From NCBI GenBank assembly GCA_002269645.1, contig NIVC01002066.1, positions 143,687 to 207,686 on the forward strand: a stretch of 64,000 nt of DNA, written 5' to 3'. The stretch is from Macrostomum lignano (taxonomy: Eukaryota). Both the position numbers and the translations under genes were made by a program. Under the pieces are notes generated by a model that was not told the DNA's origin, searched no databases, and saw nothing but the letters and a program-made list of their open reading frames with translations. Shown here one piece after another: positions 56,729 through 64,000 of this stretch. Each line of letters begins with the position of its first letter. Within the stretch, counting starts at the first letter, position 1.

Positions 56729-58547
56729 ATGGCAACCACCAAGTTGATTAGATCTGCCCGCAACGATGCTCATCGCAAGGGCCCAGGCTCCGCCCCCGAC
56801 AAGCCCACAGATCTGGAGCTGCAAGTGGCCCAGACTCTGATGGATCTGCAGCAGAATTCCGATCTGAAGAGCATGCTCCGCGAACTGCATATCACTGGTG
56901 AGCTCTGCAGTGCTTAAGTATTGTATTCTGCCAGTAGTGTTGAATGCCCAATCCGCCCTCTAGAATCGCCCAATCTGCCCCCTTGAATTCCTCAATCCGC
57001 CCCCTAGAATCATCAATCCGCCCCTCCCCCTAGAATCGCCCAATCCACCCTTAGAATCGCTCAATCCGCTCCCTAATTATCGCCCGATCCGCCCCCAGGA
57101 TTTTCTCAATCCCCCCTTGAATTTCACAATCCGCTCCCTAAAATCTGCCCAATCCGCCTCGTAGAATTGCCCAATCCGCCCCCTAGAATCGCCCAATCCG
57201 CCCTCTAGAATCGCCCAATCCGCCCCTCTAGAATCGCCCAATCCGCCCTCTAGAATCGCCCAATCCGCCCCTCTAGAATCGCCCAATCCGCCCCCCCTAG
57301 AATCGCCCAATCCGCCCTCTAGAATCGCCCAATCCGCCCCCTAGAATCGCCCCCTCCGCTTCCCTAGAATCGCCCAATCCACCCCCTAGAATCGCCCAAT
57401 CCGCCCCCCTAGAATCGCCCCCTCCGCTTCCCTAGAATCGCCCAATCCGCCCCCTAGAATCGCCCAAACCGCCCTCTAGAATCGCCCAATCCGCCCCTCT
57501 AGAATCGCCCAATCCGCCTCCCCCCCCCCTAGAATCGCCCAATCCGCCCTCTAGAATCGCCCAATCCGCCCTCTAGAATCGCCCAATCCGCCCCTCTAGA
57601 ATCGCCCAATCCGCCCTCTAGAATCGCCCAATCCGCCCCCTAGAATCGCCCAATCCGCCCCTCTAGAATCGCCCAATCCGCCCCTCTAGAATCGCCCAAT
57701 CCGCCCCCCCCCTAGAATCGCCCAATCCGGCCTCTAGAATCGCCCCCTCCGCCCCCTAGAATCGCCCAATCCGCCTTCTAGAATCGCCCAATCCGCCCTC
57801 TAGAATCGCCCAATCCGCCCTCTAGAATCGCCCAATCCGCCCTCTAGAATCGCCCAATCCGCCCCCCTCTAGAATCGCCCAATCCGCCCCCCCCCTAGAA
57901 TCGCCCCCTCCGCCCCCTAGAATCGCCCAAATTGCCCCAGATCCTCTCCATAGTGAGAGCTTAAGCCAACCTCGTCCCGCCGAACTGCGCAGGCGCCAAG
58001 GAGGTGGAGGTGTCGGGCGGCAAGAAGTGCATCATCCTGCTGGTGCCGGTGCCGCAGCTGCGCGCCTACCAGAAGATCCACGTGCGGCTGGTGCGCGAGC
58101 TGGAGAAGAAGTACTCCGGCAAGCACGTGGTAATCGTTGCCGAACGCCGCATCCTGCCGAAAGAGTCGCCGAAATCGAAGATCCACCAGAAGCAGAAGCG
58201 GCCGCGCTCGCGCACCCTGACCGCCGTGCACGACGCCGTGCTGAACGATCTGGTCTTCCCGGCCGAGATTGTCGGCAAGCGGACCCGGGTTCGCGTCGAC
58301 GGATCCCAGCTGATGAAGGTGAGAGGCTGCCTGGTTGCTTGGTTAGTCGCAGTGTCTACTCACAGTAGCCAGTAAAGTAAGTAGTATTTGTTACCTAATA
58401 TTTTATGGATATTAAATATTGTTCCAGGTGCACCTGGACCGGGCCAACCAGACAGCTGTGGATCACAAGTTGGACACCTTCGTGTCTGTCTATCGCAGCC
58501 TTACTGGCAAGCAGGTGATCTTTGAATTCCCAGACTACACCATGTGA
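56729..58547 (+). CDS. RPS7: 40S ribosomal protein S7 (eS7), 204 aa
   Basis: Exons 56729-56897, 57993-58318 and 58428-58547. [18 protein letters not shown]...VPVPQL...[16 protein letters not shown]...[15 protein letters not shown]...[11 protein letters not shown]. Upstream acceptor TTTCAG at 56696. Confidence 0.97.
56945..57930. repeat. 22-23-bp C-rich minisatellite (TAGAATCGCCCAATCCGCCCTC)n filling RPS7 intron 1
   Basis: Read directly; occupies about 90% of the 1095-bp intron. Confidence 0.95.
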
Positions 58548-58824
58548 GCTGGAGTGGAGTTTAGCAAACTGTCTTGTTCGTGACCATAGCCTGTCGCAGT
58601 CTGAGAGAGACGCACTGAAAATAGTGATTGAAATAATTAAAGGCGTCAAATAAAACATGAATAATTAATTCGCTCTGAACAACCCCCGATCGGTTCAGTT
58701 TGACTGGTGCAACGTCAGATTGTTGAGACGTTTCTGGATGAAAAATATTGCTTTCGTTAATGCAAATTTTGTCTTTGATTTATTTAACAACTGCGCTGCT
58801 GCGTATGCGTCAGTTAAAGATGTA

Positions 58825-58995
58825 GCAGATAGAATAGAACAGCCACGATGGGATAGAATGGATAGAACAGCTGATAAAATGGATAGAACAGCTGATAGAA
58901 TGGATAGAACATCTGATAGAATAGATAGAACAGCCATGATGGGATAGAATGGATAGACCAGCCATGATGGGATAGAATGATAGAACAGCCATGAA
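58825..58995. repeat. 21/28-bp GATAGAACAGC tandem repeat
   Basis: Read directly. Confidence 0.8.
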
Positions 58996-59347
58996 TGTCA
59001 TGTGAGATAGAATAAGTTACCGTCATGCAAGGCGAAGGCGCACCTGCGCATCTCAAGGATACTGTAATCTCTGTTGAGAAGAAAATCTGTGCCATTGGAG
59101 CTGCAGGAGGCGCGGGTAGGGCAGGAGCTGCATGTCTTCAGCCCTGTGTGGAGCGGTCTCAAGTTTCAGTTTTTCTTTGTCTTGCCAGTCTCGAATTCTT
59201 CATCAACTTTTGACGAAAGAAGAAATAATTTGGCTCTCCGCACCTGCGTCTAAATAATTGCTTTTGCACAAATCCAGTTGGGATTTCTGATACGATTGGG
59301 GAGAAAATCGTTGGATATAGCTTGCGCGCGGCGTGGAGAAATCATGA

Positions 59348-59673
59348 TGGTAGTTCTCAGATGGGAATTGTGCAACTCTGATCTTGGTAGTTCTCAGATG
59401 GGAATTGTGCAACTCTGATCTTGGTAGTTCTCAGATGGGAATTGTGCAACTCTGATCTTGGTAGTTCTCAGATGGGAATTGTGCAACTCTGATCTTGGTA
59501 GTTCTCAGATGGGAATTGTGCAACTCTGATCTTGGTAGTTCTCAGATGGGAATTGTGCAACTCTGATCTTGGTAGTTCTCAGATGGGAATTGTGCAACTC
59601 TGATCTTGGTAGTTCTCAGATGGGAATTGTGCAACTCTGATCTTGGTAGTTCTCAGATAATTGTGCAACTCTG
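59348..59673. repeat. 37-bp minisatellite, 8 full copies plus a partial
   Basis: Unit TGGTAGTTCTCAGATGGGAATTGTGCAACTCTGATCT; identical units, no spacers. Confidence 0.95.
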
Positions 59674-60099
59674 CTTCTCTAGTCTGTAAAGGTCTGCTAA
59701 CATATAAGCTTTGAGAAATAAGGTCACCTTCTCACTAAGCTGGATTGGATAATTGCTCTAATAGGTCATTATAGGCGCGGCAGCTCGCTTATAAAAGGCG
59801 GCCTGGTTTTCTCTTTCAGAGGAAAAGCCACTAGCCGGTTTGCCTTTTTGCGTCTTAGTTTTGATCTGTTGTTAGCGGCTAAGCATTAAAGTGACTTTCG
59901 GAAGGTGCTCTGCATGTAACTGAACTTCAGATTTAATGACCTGAAATCGTCGTAGAAGACCCACGCACTCGAATCTTTGCAGACGTTTTTTTAACTTTCG
60001 GCGCAAATATTGAATTCAGCAATTGGGCAGGTGGTTCGATGCCGATTGAGGCTTTGGCTTCATCCGACGGATGTCGGAATGGTCTTCGTGTATCACAAC

Positions 60100-61220
60100 A
60101 GTGACAGAGAAAAGAAGAAAGTGACAGAGAAAAGAAGAAAGTGACAGAGAACAGAAGGAGAGTGACAGAGAAAAAAAGAAAGTGACAGAGAAAAGAAGAA
60201 AGTGACAGAAAACAGAAGGAGAGTGACAGAGAAAAGAAGAAAGTGACAGAGAAAAGAAGAAAGTGACAGAGAACAGAAGGAGAGTGACAGAGAAAAGAAG
60301 AAAGTGACAGAGAAAAGAAGAAAGTGACAGAGAACAGAAGGAGAGTGACAGACAGAGAGAATAGTGAAGAGTGACAGACAACAGGAATAGTGACAGACAA
60401 CAGAAATAGTGACAAGAAAAGAGTGACAGACCGCAGGAATGGTGACAAGTAAAGAGCGACAGACAACAGGAATAGTGGCAGGGAAAAAGTGACAGACCGC
60501 AGGAATGGTGACAAGTAAAGAGTGACAGACAACAGGAATAGTGGCAGGGAAAAAGTGACAGACCGCAGGAATGGTGACAAGTAAAGAGTGACAGACAACA
60601 GGAATAGTGGCAGGGAAAAAGTGACAGACCGCAGGAATGGTGACAAGTAAAGAGTGACAGACAACAGGAATAGTGGCAGGGAAAAAGTGACAGACAACAG
60701 AAATAGTGACAGGGAAAGAGTGACAGACAACAGGAATAGTGGCAGGGAAAAAGTGACAGACAACAGAAATAGTGACAGGGAAAGAGTGACAGACAACAGG
60801 AATAGTGGCAGGGAAAAAGTGACAGACAACAGGAATAGTGACAGGGAAAGAGTGACAGACAACAGGAATAGTGGCAGGGAAAGTGACAGACAACAGGAAT
60901 AGCGACAGCAAAAAGTGAAAGATAACAGAAATAGTGATAAGGAAAGAGTGACAGAGAACAGGAAGAGTGATAGAGAACACTAAAAGAGTGACAGAGAACA
61001 GGAAGAGATGATAGAGAACACTAAGAGAGTGACTGAGAACAGGAAGAGTGATAGAGAACACTAAAAGAGTGACAGAGAACAGGAAGAGATGATAGAGAAC
61101 ACTAAGAGAGTGACTGAGAACTGGAAGAGTGATAGAGAACACTAAGAGAGTGACAGATAACAGGAAGAGATGATAGAGAACACTAAGAGAGTGACTGAGA
61201 ACAGGGAGAGAGTGACGCAG
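60100..61220. repeat. Compound purine-rich GTGACAGA minisatellite (20-, 33/66- and 40-bp subarrays)
   Basis: All units begin GTGACAGA or GTGATAGA; the unit length changes blockwise. Confidence 0.9.
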
Positions 61221-61814
61221 AGCAGAGTGGATGGCTGGTAGGGCATCAGAGCTGCACCCAGAGTACAGGAGAGGAAGCAGATGGCGCAGGATGCAGATAG
61301 AGACGAGAAAAGCAGGTCTCACGAAAAGGTGCGCCACACCTCCTGCCACGCAGACATCAGGTGTCTCAATGGCAGCACTAATTGTTCCTGGTTATTATAT
61401 ACGTAGGAGAATATAAGCCTACGTTAAACAGACTTTTGCAAATTGAAAAATATTGACTGGCGCATGTAACCGATGCAGCCGAGTAGAGCAAACATTTTCC
61501 TCCTGTATTCTTTGTCGATTTTCTAACTGGTTAATCCAGTTTTCATTGCCAGGTTTGTCCCCTAAATATTTTAAATAAAGCGGCTTATTCGCTGTCAACC
61601 TTGTTTAAGATTTCCCAGCAATAAATCATCTTCTGATATCCCCTTAGCTGGCCAATTTGCTCATTTTAGAACGCAGAAAAACAAATCTCAGCTCGGATTT
61701 AGTAAATTGGACTAGCAATCAGTGCCCCCATTGGGAGCCAACAAAAAGTTTATACAATTTTTTGATTAAACTACATGTAGGTTCTGACCTTTGCCTTGAC
61801 ATCTCAGCTATTCG

Positions 61815-62070
61815 CCAACCCTCGCCCTTATCTAACCCCAATCCTCGCCCTTATCTAACCCCAATCCTCACCCTTATTCAAACCCAATCTTCGCCCTTAT
61901 CCAACCCAATCCTCGCCCTTATCTAATCTCAATACTCGCCCTTATCTAACCCCAATCCTCGCTTTTATCTAACCCCAATCCTCGCCCTTATCTAACCCCA
62001 ATCCTCGCCCTTATCTAATCCCAATCCTCGCCCTTATCTAACCCTAATCATATCTTTTATCTAACCCAAA
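61815..62070. repeat. 23-bp repeat (CCCAATCCTCGCCCTTATCTAAC)n
   Basis: Read directly. Confidence 0.9.
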
Positions 62071-62424
62071 TTCTCACCAGACTAACTTTTTACCTTGGAA
62101 AATGATTTTACAAGTAAAGGGGCAAATTTTTAGCATAATCTGTGTATTTGGTTTTTCCCGTCGATATTCGAACAAAGAAGGTATTCGGTCTACCCGTGAG
62201 TCCGTGTGTATTTATAAAAACGAGGCGAAAGAGACGTCGAAGAGACATTTTATTTTTTCAGTTTTTGGAGACTCGCTTTCGTTGGCCGATTCCGATGGAA
62301 AAAATCCTGCATGTGCTCAGGAGTCAGTGGAATGGCCAGAGCTGCCGTCAGCGCTGGTTGTTGGGCGATGTCGCCGGCGTTGCTCCAGGCTGCCCGCAAC
62401 TCTTCGGTAACCCATAGTACCGAT

Positions 62425-62900
62425 TTTTGGTTGCTATGGGGTTTCTTGAGCAAGGGTTTGGTTGCTATGGGGTTTTTTGAGTAGTTTTGGTTGCTATTGG
62501 ATTTTCTTTGAGGTTTGGTAGGGTTTGGTTGCTATGGGGTTTGGCTTTGAGTAGGTTTGGTTGCTATGGGGTTTTCTTTGAGTAGGTTTGGTTGCTATGG
62601 GGTTTTCTTTGAATAGGTTTGGTTGCTATGGGGTTTTCTTCGAGTAGGTTTGGTTGCTATGGGGTTTTCTTCGAGTAGGTTTGGTTGCTATTTCTTTTCT
62701 TTAAGTAGGTTTGGTTGCTATGGTGTTGGCTTGAGTAAGTTTGGTAGCTTTGGGTTTTCTTTGAATAGGTTTGGTTGCTATGGGGTTTCTTGAGTAGTTT
62801 GGTTTCGAGTAGGTTTGGTTGCTATTTCTTTAGGTTTGGTTGCTATTAAGTAGGTTTGGTTGCTATGGGGTTTCCTTGAGTAAGTTTGGTTGCTATCGTG
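62425..62900. repeat. About 31-bp repeat (GGTTTGGTTGCTATGGGGTTTTCTTTGAGTA)n
   Basis: Read directly, with variable unit length. Confidence 0.9.
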
Positions 62901-63134
62901 TCTCTGTGATGTTTTATTTTTGAGTTTTATTTGGAGATAATAACCTTAGGAACCTCGGTTTGCCATAGGGTTGTGTTTAAACAGCATAAAGTGTTGAAGC
63001 GGCTCCACATAGAATGGAATGAACTTAAAATACGACTCAACTGACGGATCGACACTTCCGCTAGTCCGTGAATAAGTTTTAAAGAGGGTAATAATTAATC
63101 CCATTAATTTATGCTGTGCTTTTCCCAAATCCCT

Positions 63135-63896
63135 CATCAAGTCCGCCATCTGCATGCTGGGATTTTGGCACCTCTGCGCTGAAGAGCTGGTGAAGTTCGA
63201 GACCTGGCAGCCGAGAAGGGCCTGGAGGCGCGGCGGTCGCCATGACCGACGGGGCGCCGTGCCGCGGCGGCGGTGGCGCGGGCTCACGTCATCAGCTCAA
63301 GAGCTCTGCGACCGCTGCTGGCAAACAGAAGGGAGAGGAAGAGAGAGGGAGAGAGAAGACTGCAAGGAGAAAAATGATAGAGGCAGGGATACTGGAGTTC
63401 CATAAAAGAGATCGCCGGCAGAAGTAGGAAGTCATGTGAAGCAAATCCCTGATACACAGCAGCGTGTGCAGAACTAGGCTGCGCCCTGACTGACAGTTGA
63501 ACTCAGAACTCCAAACATGCGGCGTGTCGCAGGTGAAGTCCTGACTAACCGGTCAATATCAGCTGACGAAGACGAAGATTGACAGCTCAGAAACCAGTGC
63601 TGATCTCATTGAAGACGCTCACGCGGAGGGAAAAAACTGATGCACCACTCCATCATTGAATCGCAACTGCCAGTACAATTTAGGCTGCGCTTGAAACAAA
63701 GATGATTGATGATTTCCATTTCTCTCGCCAGGTGCTACAAACTGCGGCCAGGTGTCTGACCACCTCGCCGCTGCCCGCTAGGCCGACTGCCCAAGTGCTG
63801 CTGCGCTCCGCCAGCCACCTCGCCAAGGACTGCCCGATGGGCGGCTCCGTCACCGCCACAGCTGCACCGCTTGCGGCTGCTGTGCAAGGGAAATGA
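63135..63896 (+). pseudogene. lin-28: Degenerate Lin-28-like sequence (cold-shock domain C-half plus two CCHC knuckles)
   Basis: Allowing small indels: HQ-SAICMLGFWHLCAEELVKFET...EKGLEA...DGAPCRG resembles Lin-28 HQSKLHMEGFRSL.EGE.VEF...KGLES...G..C.G. After the acceptor CCAG|G at 63731: CY(N)CGQVSDHLA..CPLGRLPK.C..C.SASHLAKDCP. Confidence 0.65.
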
Positions 63897-63924
63897 CTTT
63901 AACGGATGAACAGTCACTGATATG

Positions 63925-64000
63925 CACAGACAGAAAGACAGACAGACAGACAGACAGACAGACACACACACACACACAGACAGACGCACAGAAAGACAGA
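63925..64000. repeat. (CAGA)n/(CA)n microsatellite
   Basis: Read directly. Confidence 0.9.

Noticed and set aside
59933-61349. 418-aa and 309-aa hydrophobic ORFs
   Set aside because: Reverse translations of the purine-rich satellite; the hydrophobicity is a compositional artefact.
62946-63287. 113-aa minus-strand ORF followed by AATAAA
   Set aside because: No recognisable domain, and its 5' half overlaps the better-supported plus-strand Lin-28-like relic. It cannot be fully excluded without RNA data.

Overview
This is animal (invertebrate) nuclear DNA, not prokaryotic: it has 70-120 bp GT-AG introns, TATA/CCAAT promoters and many minisatellites. The style is compatible with a free-living flatworm such as Macrostomum, but that is inference only. 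Host genes: (1) a birth-and-death cluster of secreted WSC+PAN/apple genes on the minus strand (7 copies or remnants, one fully intact and intronless); (2) four plus-strand genes for signal peptide - C-type-lectin-like domain - RQKR furin site - Tyr/Ser-rich stub - TM - Cys cluster (one pseudogene), which sit in duplicated modules interleaved with the WSC remnants; (3) an 8-exon gene for an MGxxxS-starting ankyrin-repeat-caspase fusion with an in-frame TAA between its catalytic His and Cys; (4) intact RPS7; (5) a frameshifted Lin-28-like relic. Mobile DNA: a Crypton tyrosine recombinase gene; a complete Ngaro/DIRS YR-retrotransposon whose recombinase HxxR motif is split by a P-like element encoding only a THAP domain; a truncated Penelope with two inverted hammerhead ribozymes; two probable solo LTRs; a LINE RNase H relic; a CORE-SINE; and nested hAT/MULE/Merlin-like MITEs with readable TSDs. 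No rRNA, true tRNA or CRISPR array was found. All gene models were built by eye and need RNA support.
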